From Methanothermococcus sp. Ax23 (GTDB lineage: Archaea; AGJL01; Methanococci; Methanococcales; Methanococcaceae), in assembly GCF_049075655.1 (NCBI RefSeq), contig NZ_CP157522.1, positions 448,001-512,000 on the forward strand: a stretch of DNA of 64,000 bases. Direction: 5' to 3'. The position numbers and the translations under genes were made by a program. Of this stretch, positions 32,215 through 42,494 are shown piece after piece (the first letter of the stretch is position 1; each line of letters begins with the position of its first letter). The notes below the pieces were generated by a model. It ran no database searches and was not told the origin of the DNA. It worked only from the letters and a program-made list of their open reading frames with translations.

Positions 32215-33312
32215 ATGATATCATCAAAAGCAAGAGAAGACGCTAAGAAAAAGATTATTGATGTTGCAAACCATATGTACGACTGTGTTCTTAACGGCAA
32301 AAGACCAAAACTTAAATTTCCAGTTAGAAGTTTAGCAAATGCTAAGTTTGACCGGGAAAGGGGAACATTCGTATTGATGGGCAAGGAAAAAGAGAGAACC
32401 TTAACAGTTAATCAGGCTAAAATATTTGCACAAACTGTAAAAATGATGGAATTTTCAAAAGATTTACTTGATACAAATGATTTTTCAACACTGAGGGAAG
32501 CATATTACGTTTCAAAAAACTGGGGAGAAGCAAGATTTGATGACCAGCAACCTTCAAATAGTGTCATAGAAGACCTTGAAGCTGCTTTGGACTTTTTGAG
32601 GGAAGAACTTGGATTCATACCTGAAGAAGATGGTTCTTCTGTTGTTGGACCTCTTAAAATCGTAGATAAGTCCCCCGAAGGTGAAGAATTAAAGATAGAT
32701 TGTGAAAAATTAGGAAGTGGTGCCTATAACATCCCAAACGACATTACAAGATTGGAATTTGAAACAGATGCAGATTTCATATTAGCAATAGAAACAGCAG
32801 GTATGTTTGCAAGATTGAATGCTGAAAAATTCTGGAAAAAACATAATTGCATTTTAGCATCCTTAAAAGGTGTTCCAGCAAGGGCTACGAGAAGATTTAT
32901 AAAAAGATTAAATGAAGAACATGGACTCCCTGTTTTAGTATTTACAGACGGTGACCCTTATGGATATCTTAACATTTACAGGACATTAAAGGTAGGAAGT
33001 GGTAAAGCTGTTCATTTGGCTGAGAAACTTGCAATTCCTGCGGCAAGATTGATTGGTGTTACTCCTCAGGATATTTTAGATTATGACTTACCAACTCATC
33101 CTTTGAAAGACCACGACCTTAAAAGATTGAAAGACGGTCTAAAAAACGATGATTTTGTAAAAAGCTTCCCTGAATGGCAGAAGGCATTGAATCAGATGCT
33201 TGAAATGAAGCAGAGGGCAGAACAGCAATCTTTGGCAAAATACGGTTTAAAGTATGTTGTTGAGGAGTATCTTCCAGCAAAGATTGAGGATAAGAGCACA
33301 TGGTTGCCTTAA
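32215..33312 (+). CDS. top6A: DNA topoisomerase VI subunit A
   Basis: STLREAYY, TOPRIM AIET.G, FTDGDPYG, AEQQ; start chosen after GGTGA RBS. Confidence 0.96.
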   Translation: MISSKAREDAKKKIIDVANHMYDCVLNGKRPKLKFPVRSLANAKFDRERGTFVLMGKEKERTLTVNQAKIFAQTVKMMEFSKDLLDTNDFSTLREAYYVSKNWGEARFDDQQPSNSVIEDLEAALDFLREELGFIPEEDGSSVVGPLKIVDKSPEGEELKIDCEKLGSGAYNIPNDITRLEFETDADFILAIETAGMFARLNAEKFWKKHNCILASLKGVPARATRRFIKRLNEEHGLPVLVFTDGDPYGYLNIYRTLKVGSGKAVHLAEKLAIPAARLIGVTPQDILDYDLPTHPLKDHDLKRLKDGLKNDDFVKSFPEWQKALNQMLEMKQRAEQQSLAKYGLKYVVEEYLPAKIEDKSTWLP

Positions 33313-33413
33313 TAATAACTATTAAATATTAAATAATATAATTTTTATTTTTAATAATATTATATCATAACATATATTCATGTTATTTTGATTTTTTTAA
33401 ATTAGGGGAAAAT

Positions 33414-33938
33414 ATGGCTAAAAAACCGATTATAGCGAAGCTTTCAGACGACAGAGTTTTGATATTCAACAGAGACGGCATTTCAAGATTAAATGCAAAA
33501 GGATATGGCGAATTGAATGATAATTTTTTATCCATTTCATTGGTTGAATCGCTATATTTAGTTTCCAAAAACTGGATTAAGGTTAAATCCAAAAAAGATA
33601 GATTTTTATCTTTTGAAGAATTATATGATTACGCACATAACATTGATGAGAGATTGTGCATAAAATATTTAGTTTATAAAGATTTAAGAAACAGGGGCTA
33701 TACAGTAAAAACTGGCTTAAAATACGGCTCTGATTATAGATTATATAGTAGGGAAAATATCAACGAAGTTCATTCCGAATATCTTGTTAAAGTTTTTTCC
33801 GAAGATAGACCCTGCGCTATTTCAGAGCTCACTGGGTTTGTGAGGGTGGCACATTCCGTAAGGAAAAAACTTATAATTGCCATTGTAGATGATGATGGCG
33901 ATATTGTTTATTACAACATGGGATACTTGCGACTTTAA
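33414..33938 (+). CDS. endA: tRNA-splicing endonuclease
   Basis: YLVYKDLRNRGYTVKTGLKYG.D.RLY, HSEYLV, RVAHSVRKK. Confidence 0.96.
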   Translation: MAKKPIIAKLSDDRVLIFNRDGISRLNAKGYGELNDNFLSISLVESLYLVSKNWIKVKSKKDRFLSFEELYDYAHNIDERLCIKYLVYKDLRNRGYTVKTGLKYGSDYRLYSRENINEVHSEYLVKVFSEDRPCAISELTGFVRVAHSVRKKLIIAIVDDDGDIVYYNMGYLRL

Positions 33939-34013
33939 AAAAGAGATGATTAATATAATTAAATAAAATAATTAAATAAATTACATAGATAATTAAATAA
34001 ATAAGGTGATATT

Positions 34014-35045
34014 GTGAAACTTATGCCTGAAAATGAGAAAAAACTTATTATGGATATCTTGATGAAATATGGGATAAATAAAAAAGACGCAGAAACCACA
34101 GCAAATATATATGTTGAGGCAGATTTAAAGGGTTTTACATCACATGGAATTGGAAGATTCCCACAAACAGTGGTGGGTCTTGAAGTGGGAAACATCAAAC
34201 CAAATCCTGAAATGAAAATAATAAAAGAAAGTCCTGCAACTGGGACAATTGATGGAGATATGGGATTAGGTTATGTAATTGGTGAAAAGGCAATGAATAT
34301 GGCAATTGAAAAGGCAAAAAACGTAGGTATTGGTGCAGTTGCCACTGTTAATGCAAATCACTTTGGTATTACCGGACATTACTCAGAAATGGCACTTAAT
34401 GAGGATTTAATAGGCATTGCCATTACAAATACAGAACCTGCAATGGCTCCCTTTGGAGGAACTGAAAAGATTTTAGGGACAAATCCAATAGCAATAGCAA
34501 TCAAGGGGAAAAAATATACATATTCCCTTGATATGGCTACTGCATCCATTGCCCGGGGAAAAATACTTGAAGCTCTAAGAGTTGGAAAAGAAATTCCAGA
34601 AGGCTGTGCTGTGGATAAAGAGGGAAATATAACTACAAATCCGGAAAAAGCACTGGAAGGATGTATTCTTCCATTTGGAGGACCTAAGGGCTATGGTCTT
34701 GCGTTGGCTATTGAAATCATCTCAGCAATCGGCGGAGCTCAGATGGGAACAAATGTAAAGGGAACCGCAAATCCAACGGACAAATGCACAAAAGGAGATT
34801 TCTTTATGGCAATAAATCCTGAATTCTTTGGAGATAAAGAGGAGTTTATGGAAAAGGTCGATAATCTTGTAGAGGAAATAAAAAACTCAAAACCAGCGGA
34901 AGGATTTAGCATATTAATTCCAGGGGAAATTGAAAAAATGAATATTGAAAAAAACAAAAATGGCTTTGAGATAGACGATGCATTGTATAATAAATTAAAA
35001 GATATTTGCGATAAAAATGGTTTAAACATTAACGAATACTTTTGA
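34014..35045 (+). CDS. comC: L-sulfolactate dehydrogenase (Ldh2 family, coenzyme M synthesis)
   Basis: ADLKGFTSHGIGRF, NHFG, GTNPIA, LDMAT, PFGGPKGYGL. Confidence 0.9.
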   Translation: MKLMPENEKKLIMDILMKYGINKKDAETTANIYVEADLKGFTSHGIGRFPQTVVGLEVGNIKPNPEMKIIKESPATGTIDGDMGLGYVIGEKAMNMAIEKAKNVGIGAVATVNANHFGITGHYSEMALNEDLIGIAITNTEPAMAPFGGTEKILGTNPIAIAIKGKKYTYSLDMATASIARGKILEALRVGKEIPEGCAVDKEGNITTNPEKALEGCILPFGGPKGYGLALAIEIISAIGGAQMGTNVKGTANPTDKCTKGDFFMAINPEFFGDKEEFMEKVDNLVEEIKNSKPAEGFSILIPGEIEKMNIEKNKNGFEIDDALYNKLKDICDKNGLNINEYF

Positions 35046-35106
35046 AAATATATTTATATATTATCCTCTTAATAAATATTTGGTTATACAAGTTGGAGGG
35101 AATTAA

Positions 35107-35955
35107 ATGAAAATAAACTATAAAATAATAGCAATTATACCTGTGATATTGACTATTATTTCAGGCATTTTTGTATATGCTCATGGATTAAAGGAAAGTA
35201 TAGACGTGAGCGGAGGTACTGAAATAACAATAACTGCTCCAAATAATGTGGATATCAACAAATTAAAAGAGATACTTCCCACAGGAGTTGAGGTAAAAAA
35301 ATCTCAGTCAGTATCTGGGACATTTATTATAATAAAAGCTGGAAAAGATGTGGATACATCCCAAATCGATACGGCATTAAAAAATTTCTTTAATGTGGAT
35401 GATTTGAATAAACTCCAATACTCCCAAAAACAAATTGGAGCATCGTTAAGTGAAAAATTCTGGAAGGATGGATTTAAAGCTGTTGGATTTGCATTCATAT
35501 TTATGGCTATTGTAGTATATCTCGTATTTAGGACTCCTGTCCCTAGTGCTGCGGTTATACTTGCAGCCGTGTCTGATATCGTGCTTGCAATTGGCGGTAT
35601 GAGTTTATTTGGAATACCAGTATCAACTGCCACGGTTGCAGCTCTACTTATGCTTATCGGATACAGTGTTGATACCGACATTATGCTCACCACAAGGGTA
35701 TTAAAAAGAAGAGCGGGAAGCCTAGATGAAAGAATAAATGAATCCATGAAAACTGGAATGACCATGTCCATAACAACCATTGTGGCTATGTTTGTGCTAT
35801 ATTTGGTGGTGTCCTATATTGTGCCGGCTGCGAGTTTATTGAAAGATATTTCCGCAGTCATATTGTTTGGTTTAATTGCGGATTTAATGACCACATGGAT
35901 GACCAATGTAGGTATTTTAAGATACTACGTTTCAGAGTATAAGGGCAGAAAATGA
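35107..35955 (+). CDS. secF: Protein translocase subunit SecF
   Basis: SIDVSGGT, AALLMLIGYSVDTDI. Confidence 0.95.
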   Translation: MKINYKIIAIIPVILTIISGIFVYAHGLKESIDVSGGTEITITAPNNVDINKLKEILPTGVEVKKSQSVSGTFIIIKAGKDVDTSQIDTALKNFFNVDDLNKLQYSQKQIGASLSEKFWKDGFKAVGFAFIFMAIVVYLVFRTPVPSAAVILAAVSDIVLAIGGMSLFGIPVSTATVAALLMLIGYSVDTDIMLTTRVLKRRAGSLDERINESMKTGMTMSITTIVAMFVLYLVVSYIVPAASLLKDISAVILFGLIADLMTTWMTNVGILRYYVSEYKGRK

Positions 35956-35990
35956 AATGGGCCATAATGGTATAAATCATACTAAGAAAA

Positions 35991-36041
35991 TTAACAAAAT
36001 CCCTTCGGTTTTGTAAATCAGAAAATCCAAAAGATTCACTT
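35991..36041 (+). repeat. Double-hairpin mini-element, family B
   Basis: TTAACAAAATCCCTTCGGTTTTGTAA..AAATCCAAAAGATTCACTT, homologous to 58327-58379. Confidence 0.75.
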
Positions 36042-36087
36042 CTAAAAGAAAAAAGGAAAACGAATTATAGATATTGAGGGATATATT

Positions 36088-37260
36088 ATGAAACTATTGA
36101 GCGATAGTAAAATATTAATCCTAATCGGATGTATCATTCTATCGATACTTCTAATCTCATTTAAGGGCATTTCATTTGGGGTTGATTTAAGTGGGGGCTC
36201 TACAATCGTATTAAAAACTGACGAACCCCTTTCAGAGCAGAACATGACCGTGGTTACTACGATATTATCAAGTAGATTAAATGCAAATGGTTTAAGTGAT
36301 ATTACTGTTTATCCCAGGGGAAATGACGAAATAATTGTTGAGATACCCAAAACTGCTGATTTAGATAGAATAAAAAAGATTCTAACTCAACAGGGTGTTT
36401 TTGTAGCTAAAATAGACAACATTACTGCATATACTGGGCAGGATGTGGCATATGTTGAAGAACCTGGATTAACACCATCAGGATATGGAGTAAGTTTTAA
36501 ACTAACTCCCGAAGGGGCAGATAAATTTGCAAAAGTGGCTTATGGAAAAGGAGGACATGCCGTAGAGCTCTACATGGATGGTAGATTAGTAAGCAATCCT
36601 ACACTTTCTCCAGGATTGGCAGATGGAAAACCACATCCAGACCAGATAATCACTGTTGCAGGAAAAAATCCAACCAAACAGGATGAAGACGAAGCATGGG
36701 CAATATATACTGCATTAAAATCAGGTTCTTTACCAGTTAAAGTTCATATTGAATATGTAAGTTCCATATCACCAACACTTGGAGAAGAATTCATTAAGGG
36801 AGCGGCAATAGCAGGATTGTTTGCATTCTTAGCAGTCGGGGCAGTTGTTGCAATTAGGTATAAAAAGCCTATGATTGTTTTACCTATACTTATAACCTGT
36901 GCCTCCGAAATTTTAATCATACTTGGATTTGCATCGGCAATTGGCTGGAAACTTGATTTAGCATCAATTGCTGGAATTATCGCCTCGGTTGGAACTGGGG
37001 TTGATGACCAAATAGTCATAACAGATGAAACACTTTCAAGAGAGTCAAAAAGAGTCAAAAAAAGTATTAAACGAGCATTCTTTATTATATTTGCAGCAGC
37101 AGGAACTACAATTGCCGCAATGCTTCCATTGTTTGTTATGAGCATTGGTATGTTAAAGGGATTCGCCATTACAACAATAGCTGGTGTATTAATTGGTATA
37201 TTGATTACAAGACCTGCATTTGCAAGAATCGTTCAATATGTCGTGAAAAAAGAATATTAA
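36088..37260 (+). CDS. secD: Protein translocase subunit SecD
   Basis: GVDLSGGS, LKSGSLP, ISPTLG, GTGVDDQI, KGFAIT. Confidence 0.95.
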   Translation: MKLLSDSKILILIGCIILSILLISFKGISFGVDLSGGSTIVLKTDEPLSEQNMTVVTTILSSRLNANGLSDITVYPRGNDEIIVEIPKTADLDRIKKILTQQGVFVAKIDNITAYTGQDVAYVEEPGLTPSGYGVSFKLTPEGADKFAKVAYGKGGHAVELYMDGRLVSNPTLSPGLADGKPHPDQIITVAGKNPTKQDEDEAWAIYTALKSGSLPVKVHIEYVSSISPTLGEEFIKGAAIAGLFAFLAVGAVVAIRYKKPMIVLPILITCASEILIILGFASAIGWKLDLASIAGIIASVGTGVDDQIVITDETLSRESKRVKKSIKRAFFIIFAAAGTTIAAMLPLFVMSIGMLKGFAITTIAGVLIGILITRPAFARIVQYVVKKEY

Positions 37261-37467
37261 TATACATTATTATAGAAAATATTTTTTATCTTTTTTATCT
37301 TTTTGTCATAAACATGGCGAGAATTGAAAACATTTTTGTTTAATTTAATTTATATGATTTAAAATAAATTTTTTTATCATCTCAACCCATATTAAAATAA
37401 ATAATAAATAGGAGATAGGATGATATTGATTTGATGATTTTTCTATAAAGAATATTTTAAAATTACA

Positions 37468-38496
37468 GTGATGTGCATGAATATAAAAAGAATTTTAAAA
37501 AATATATTGTTGTATGGGACCGGTATTATTATAATATTGTTGATAATATGGCATATAGGCGTTAAAGAAATAATTGCTGTATTTTTATCAATGAATATAT
37601 ATCTTTTTTTATTGGCGACATTTATCTATTTTCTAACCATTTTTATTATTGTGATGCGTTGGAGGTCCCTACTACAAATAAATAATTACAATGCAAAACT
37701 TAAAAATTTATTCCTATTAATTGTAATGGGACAGTTTATAAACAATATAACTCCATCCATGAAAGGTGGAAGTGAGCCATTTAGAGCATATTATCTCTCA
37801 AAATTAGAAAATATTCCAAATCATGTTTCATTTTCGAGTGTTGTGGTTGAGAGATTATTGGACACCATGGTATTCTTAATATTAACATTTTTTGTAATCA
37901 TATACTTCATAATACATGGAATCATCTATGCAAAGGAGCTCATATTTATATGGATTACCATTGGTGGATTAACAGCCCTTGCTTTATATATCATAATGCA
38001 TAAAACATTAGCATTTAAAATTACATTAAAAATAGTAAAAATTATATCAAAATTTTCTTCAAAAACCATAAATGAAGATAAAATAAAGGAATCCATAAAT
38101 CGATTTCAAGATAACATAAAATTTTTTAAAAACAATAAAAGAAAAATAATTATGCCATTTATATTATCATTTGGCTGGTGGTTTCTTGATATTTTAAGGA
38201 TATACATATTATTTTTAGCAATTAAATGCAATATTTCACTTGTGGCAGTATCCTCAACATACTTAGTATCCCTCCTTATAGGCATTCTCCCAACATTGCC
38301 TGGAAGTCTTGGAACCTCCGATGCTGTAATGATTGCCATGTATTCGCTGTTCAATATTCCTTATTCAAAAGCTGCTGCTGGAACGATTTTAGATAGAATA
38401 ATTTCCTATGGATTAGCCACAATAATGGGAGCTCTTGCATTTAAGATAATAAAAAAGAAAATAAAAACCAAAAAATATAAAGATATAGGAATATAA
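37468..38496 (+). CDS. UPF0104 / lysylphosphatidylglycerol-synthase TM family (flippase-like) membrane protein
   Basis: RW, NNITP..KGGSEPFRAYYL, VERLLD, PGSLG motifs; exact start uncertain. Confidence 0.88.
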   Translation: MMCMNIKRILKNILLYGTGIIIILLIIWHIGVKEIIAVFLSMNIYLFLLATFIYFLTIFIIVMRWRSLLQINNYNAKLKNLFLLIVMGQFINNITPSMKGGSEPFRAYYLSKLENIPNHVSFSSVVVERLLDTMVFLILTFFVIIYFIIHGIIYAKELIFIWITIGGLTALALYIIMHKTLAFKITLKIVKIISKFSSKTINEDKIKESINRFQDNIKFFKNNKRKIIMPFILSFGWWFLDILRIYILFLAIKCNISLVAVSSTYLVSLLIGILPTLPGSLGTSDAVMIAMYSLFNIPYSKAAAGTILDRIISYGLATIMGALAFKIIKKKIKTKKYKDIGI

Positions 38497-38560
38497 AAAC
38501 TAAAATGATAAACTAATTAACGATAAACTAATTAATGACGAATTAGCAATTGGTGAGACT

Positions 38561-38980
38561 ATGATAATCAATATTACCACTGGAAGAATGATGAAATCCC
38601 TTGAAGCGTTTAAAGGTTCAAAACCAATTTATGATAGAAATGGGCTTTTAATTGTAAGGGGCGTTTGTAGGGATAAGAATTTTGAAAACTATGATTCAAT
38701 TAAACAATATCTTGAAAGTAAATTAAAAGAAAATGGTTTTGAAATTGTAGATAATGAAGAGATGGTTTTATTTATGGAAAAAATTGATGAAAAACTTGGG
38801 GAAGAAAGTGATATATATCCTGATACTTTTGGATTTGAGATATTGAAAAAATCTTTTGAAGATATGGGATGCGAATGCGATTACGCCATTGGAAAAAAGG
38901 GAGAGCTCATGCTTGGAATAAGTTTATGGTATGACAAAATTAGAGGAGCTCCGAAGTTTGTAGAAGTTGTTTGTTGCTAA
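38561..38980 (+). CDS. Methanogen-conserved hypothetical protein (DUF2120-like)
   Basis: GRMM..LEAFKGSKP..LIVRGV and C-terminal PKFVEVV; GGTGAG RBS. Confidence 0.75.
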   Translation: MIINITTGRMMKSLEAFKGSKPIYDRNGLLIVRGVCRDKNFENYDSIKQYLESKLKENGFEIVDNEEMVLFMEKIDEKLGEESDIYPDTFGFEILKKSFEDMGCECDYAIGKKGELMLGISLWYDKIRGAPKFVEVVCC

Positions 38981-39020
38981 ATTAGTTATTTTTCTTTTTG
39001 TTTTTTTATATTTTACGATA

Positions 39021-39389
39021 AACCGCCGAGAAAGCCAACGATTTTAATCGTTATACAAAACATAGTTTTGTAAAATCTCTTATGAGATTGGATGAGAGGC
39101 GGACATTATATCGGCTAGTAAGTAGTAAAATATAAATATGTGAAGATTAGTAGTAAGTAACGCTACCAGTCCAAGTATCTATGGGTAGGGTTATCGAAAA
39201 CTCTACCGCTGGTAGTGTTTGGAAGTTCAAAAGGTAGCCCTGAATCTCCTAAACGGGGATAGGGGTAGTGGGTTTGGCCACCGTGTAGGGTTAAACCCTA
39301 CTAAAATTAGACGAAATCACTTCGTGATTTCGTTGCTCGCTTACTACCGTAAGCGAGAACCCAACGAGTTCACTCGTTGGAGTAGGTCA
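39021..39389 (+). mobile_element. Non-autonomous IS200/IS605-derived element (left end, promoter, omega-RNA-like right end; no ORF)
   Basis: LE-type CCGCC..CCAACGATTTTAATCGTT(GG)ATGAGAGGCGG; tnpB-tail-like GGGGATAGGGGTAGTGGG; RE hairpin CCAACGAGT-TC-ACTCGTTGG followed by AGTAGGTCA. Confidence 0.75.
39307..39356 (+). repeat. Double-hairpin mini-element, family A, nested in the IS605-like right end
   Basis: TTAGACGAAATCAC-TTC-GTGATTTCGTTGC-TCGCTTAC-TACC-GTAAGCGA. Confidence 0.85.
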
Positions 39390-39394
39390 GATTA

Positions 39395-40063
39395 TTATTT
39401 TATTAATTCATTCCTTGTTTTTTCAATAAATTCGATGATTTTATCAATTCCTTCATCATTTTTTATTGAGGTCAATAATACATCCATATTGTCGTTTAAT
39501 TGTTCTGCATCATTTTTCATCTTTACAGGGTCAGCACCGACGGCGTCTGCAATATCTATTTTATTTATAATAGTCAAATCTGCGGTTTTAAATATCATAG
39601 GATGCTTTTCAACTGTGTCGTCTCCTTCTGTAACGCTGACAACCACTATTCTTTTATGTGTTCCCAAATCAAAATCAGCAGGACATATCAGGTTTCCAAC
39701 ATTTTCTATAAATAATATATCGATATTGTCCAAATCTAAGTCCGGTAGAGCATGTCCAACCAAATGTGCATCCAAATGACATTCTTTTCCAGTATTCAGA
39801 GGTATAACCTGAACATTGTGATTTTCCATTCTTTCTGCATCGTATTTTGCCACTACATCTCCTGCAATACAGCCTATATTATATTTGTCCTTTAAATTTT
39901 CTATCAATTTTTCTATTAAAAGGGTTTTTCCACTTCCCGTTGCACCCATAAAATCAAAGGCAACTACATTATGCTGATTTAATAATTTTCTATTTTTATC
40001 GGCATGTTTTTTGTTTGCTTTTAGTAAATCTTTTCCTATATCCAATACACTAACAAAATGCAT
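39395..40063 (-). CDS. hypB: Hydrogenase nickel incorporation GTPase HypB
   Basis: GSGKT, NTGKECHLDAH, ENVGNLICP, NKID; start at MHF after GGTGA. Confidence 0.96.
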   Translation of the reverse strand: MHFVSVLDIGKDLLKANKKHADKNRKLLNQHNVVAFDFMGATGSGKTLLIEKLIENLKDKYNIGCIAGDVVAKYDAERMENHNVQVIPLNTGKECHLDAHLVGHALPDLDLDNIDILFIENVGNLICPADFDLGTHKRIVVVSVTEGDDTVEKHPMIFKTADLTIINKIDIADAVGADPVKMKNDAEQLNDNMDVLLTSIKNDEGIDKIIEFIEKTRNELIK

Positions 40064-40427
40064 ATCATCACCCAAGTTATTTATTATTCCCAAATTGGAA
40101 ATAATGATATTAAAACTTATTTATTACAAACATAAATAATAGGATGAAGTTAAAATTGTTAATATATCATGATTAATATATTATTATGAAGTAATATCAT
40201 CATAATAATTAAATAATAACATTGTGAGGCGTAGGTTAATTATTCTTTTCATGGAATTCTATAATTCAATAATAAATATAATTTAATAGGTGAAAATATA
40301 TAAATATATTGTGGTAATGAAAATGTATATATAAATGAAAATTAGTAATATCTTTTAGGGACAAACATTGGATATAATATTGTAAAATTTATATTTAATT
40401 AATTTACTTTTTAATTTTGGTGAAATA

Positions 40428-41006
40428 ATGAATTATATGGACATATTTAAATTTAGCCCCGAGGAAATTAAGGATTTAACTATTTCAACCTTTGCCATTG
40501 CATTAATATTCGCATGGTATGGCAGAGGAATACCCCATATAGATTCTTGGTTTATATTGCAGTTCTTGATAGCAAGTTTTACGGTTGGGAGTGGATTTAT
40601 ATTGCATGAGCTCGCCCATAGAACAGTGGCTCGTCATTTTGGAGCATGGAGTGAATTTAGAGCATGGTATGAAGGATTGGTTATTGCATTGGTATTGAAA
40701 ATAATAATGGGCGCTACTTTTATAGCCCCTGGTGCAGTTTATATTTATAAAGATTATCTAACCACAGAGGAAAATGGACTTATATCCATTGCAGGACCTT
40801 TAACAAATGTTGCCTTGGCATTTGTGTTTTATATATTAAATATTCCACTAATATCAAGTTTAGGTTTCCATGTTAATTTATTCCTTGCAGCATTTAACAT
40901 GATACCAATCTACCCACTTGATGGAAACAAAGTTCTAAATTGGAATCCTTTAATATGGGGCGTTGTGGCTATTCCTTTATTTTTATGGGCGTTGGGAATT
41001 TTTTAA
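40428..41006 (+). CDS. Site-2 protease family (peptidase M50)
   Basis: HELAH, AGP..N, FNMIP..PLDG. Confidence 0.92.
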   Translation: MNYMDIFKFSPEEIKDLTISTFAIALIFAWYGRGIPHIDSWFILQFLIASFTVGSGFILHELAHRTVARHFGAWSEFRAWYEGLVIALVLKIIMGATFIAPGAVYIYKDYLTTEENGLISIAGPLTNVALAFVFYILNIPLISSLGFHVNLFLAAFNMIPIYPLDGNKVLNWNPLIWGVVAIPLFLWALGIF

Positions 41007-41065
41007 ATCTTATCCTATTTCATTCTAAATATTCATTAATCATTAAAAAATAAAAAGTTGAAAAT

Positions 41066-41644
41066 ATGAGATATACAATTACAATCATTGGATTATGCAT
41101 CATAATATATTTATTTGGATTATTTTCCAACAACTTAATATATCTATTATTATTTAATCCGTATTATGCCCTAAACATGCCATGGCAGTTTATAACGAGT
41201 ATATTTGTCCATGCAAATTTTATGCATTTGTTTGTCAATATGTTTGTATTATTTTTCTTTGGCATAAAACTTGAAAGATGGGTTGGTGGGGCAAATTTTA
41301 TAAAAATATTTTTCATATCAGGTATTGTTGGAAACATTGCATATCTCCTATATTCCGATTTTACCAATCTATACATTCCGGCTTTGGGTGCATCAGGTGC
41401 GGTTAGTGGTATCTTAGGAGCTCTCACAGTTTTAGAACCTAACATGAGAATTATGATATTTCCATTTCCAGTTCCCATAAAACTCAAAACTGCAACAATA
41501 TTATTTGCAGGATTTGGAATATTATGTCTTATGTTCTCAATATTGCCAACAATAGGACATGCGGCTCATCTTGGAGGGTTATTCACGGGCATGCTATTTG
41601 GAAAAATATTTAAAAGGAAAATGAACTACCCATCATATTACTGA
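41066..41644 (+). CDS. Rhomboid family intramembrane serine protease
   Basis: PWQFITSIFVH, H...NM, GASG, AHLGG. Confidence 0.93.
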   Translation: MRYTITIIGLCIIIYLFGLFSNNLIYLLLFNPYYALNMPWQFITSIFVHANFMHLFVNMFVLFFFGIKLERWVGGANFIKIFFISGIVGNIAYLLYSDFTNLYIPALGASGAVSGILGALTVLEPNMRIMIFPFPVPIKLKTATILFAGFGILCLMFSILPTIGHAAHLGGLFTGMLFGKIFKRKMNYPSYY

Positions 41645-41673
41645 CCATTATATCTATTAATTTTGGGGATAGT

Positions 41674-42372
41674 ATGGAATTTGAACTTTGGATAAGGATT
41701 ATAAAGGAAAGTATAGACAAAAGGAACATAGAACCTTGGAACATCAATATCGCAGAAATAACCGATGAGTATATCAAAACAATTAAAGAGCTTAAAAAAT
41801 TCGATATACGGCTATCCGCAGATGTTATTCTCGTTGGTGGAATATTATTACGGATGAAATCTCAGATACTTTATGGAGAATGCGAAAATACATTTAATGA
41901 AGATGAGGAGTTTGAGGAGGAGTTCCCTGAAAATTATGATGAATATGATGAATATGAAGAAAACTACGATAATGATGTTATTGTAAATACTGTCAAAGAA
42001 AATAAAAATAAGGGTGATACCACTACTAAAAATACTAAAAGCAAGCAAATAACATTTAACGATTTAATTAACACTCTAAAATCAGAGCTTAAAAAGGTTA
42101 AAAAAACCAAAACAAGACCAAAAAATAAAAGAGAAACTCCAATTTATAACATTATAGAAGAAATGGAAGAAGAATATGACATTTCTGATTTGATGGAAAA
42201 TTTAATGTCTGAACTTAAAAAAGAAGGGGAGCTCATATATCAAAATAAGTTTTCTAACAGAAAAGATATTGTAAAAAATTTCTTACCTTCCCTTTATCTT
42301 GCAAATGATGGTAAAATTGAAATTTTTCAGGAAGACATCTTTAAGGACATAGTTCTTAGATGCAAAAATTAA
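41674..42372 (+). CDS. scpA: Segregation/condensation protein A (kleisin)
   Basis: IEPWNINIAEITDEY, LLRMKS, C-terminal FLPSLYLANDGKIEIFQE..F.DI. Confidence 0.9.
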   Translation: MEFELWIRIIKESIDKRNIEPWNINIAEITDEYIKTIKELKKFDIRLSADVILVGGILLRMKSQILYGECENTFNEDEEFEEEFPENYDEYDEYEENYDNDVIVNTVKENKNKGDTTTKNTKSKQITFNDLINTLKSELKKVKKTKTRPKNKRETPIYNIIEEMEEEYDISDLMENLMSELKKEGELIYQNKFSNRKDIVKNFLPSLYLANDGKIEIFQEDIFKDIVLRCKN

Positions 42373-42494
42373 ATATTATTGTATTTATTTATTGTTAATT
42401 ATCAATATTATATTTTATATTTTTAGTCAGTATATTACTACATTACTATATTCATGTATATCGTAGTGTTTTAAAACAACACATCTCAGTAAGA

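Noticed and set aside
38507-38535. Short tandem duplications (GATAAACTAATTAA twice here; ACTATAAAGATTA twice near 26410-26435; 12-nt period near 45680-45715)
   Set aside because: Two or three AT-rich units without spacers; consistent with slippage, not CRISPR or iterons
39219-39779. 186-aa plus-strand ORF
   Set aside because: Runs from the IS605-derived element into the antisense of hypB; no TnpB RuvC or zinc-finger motifs
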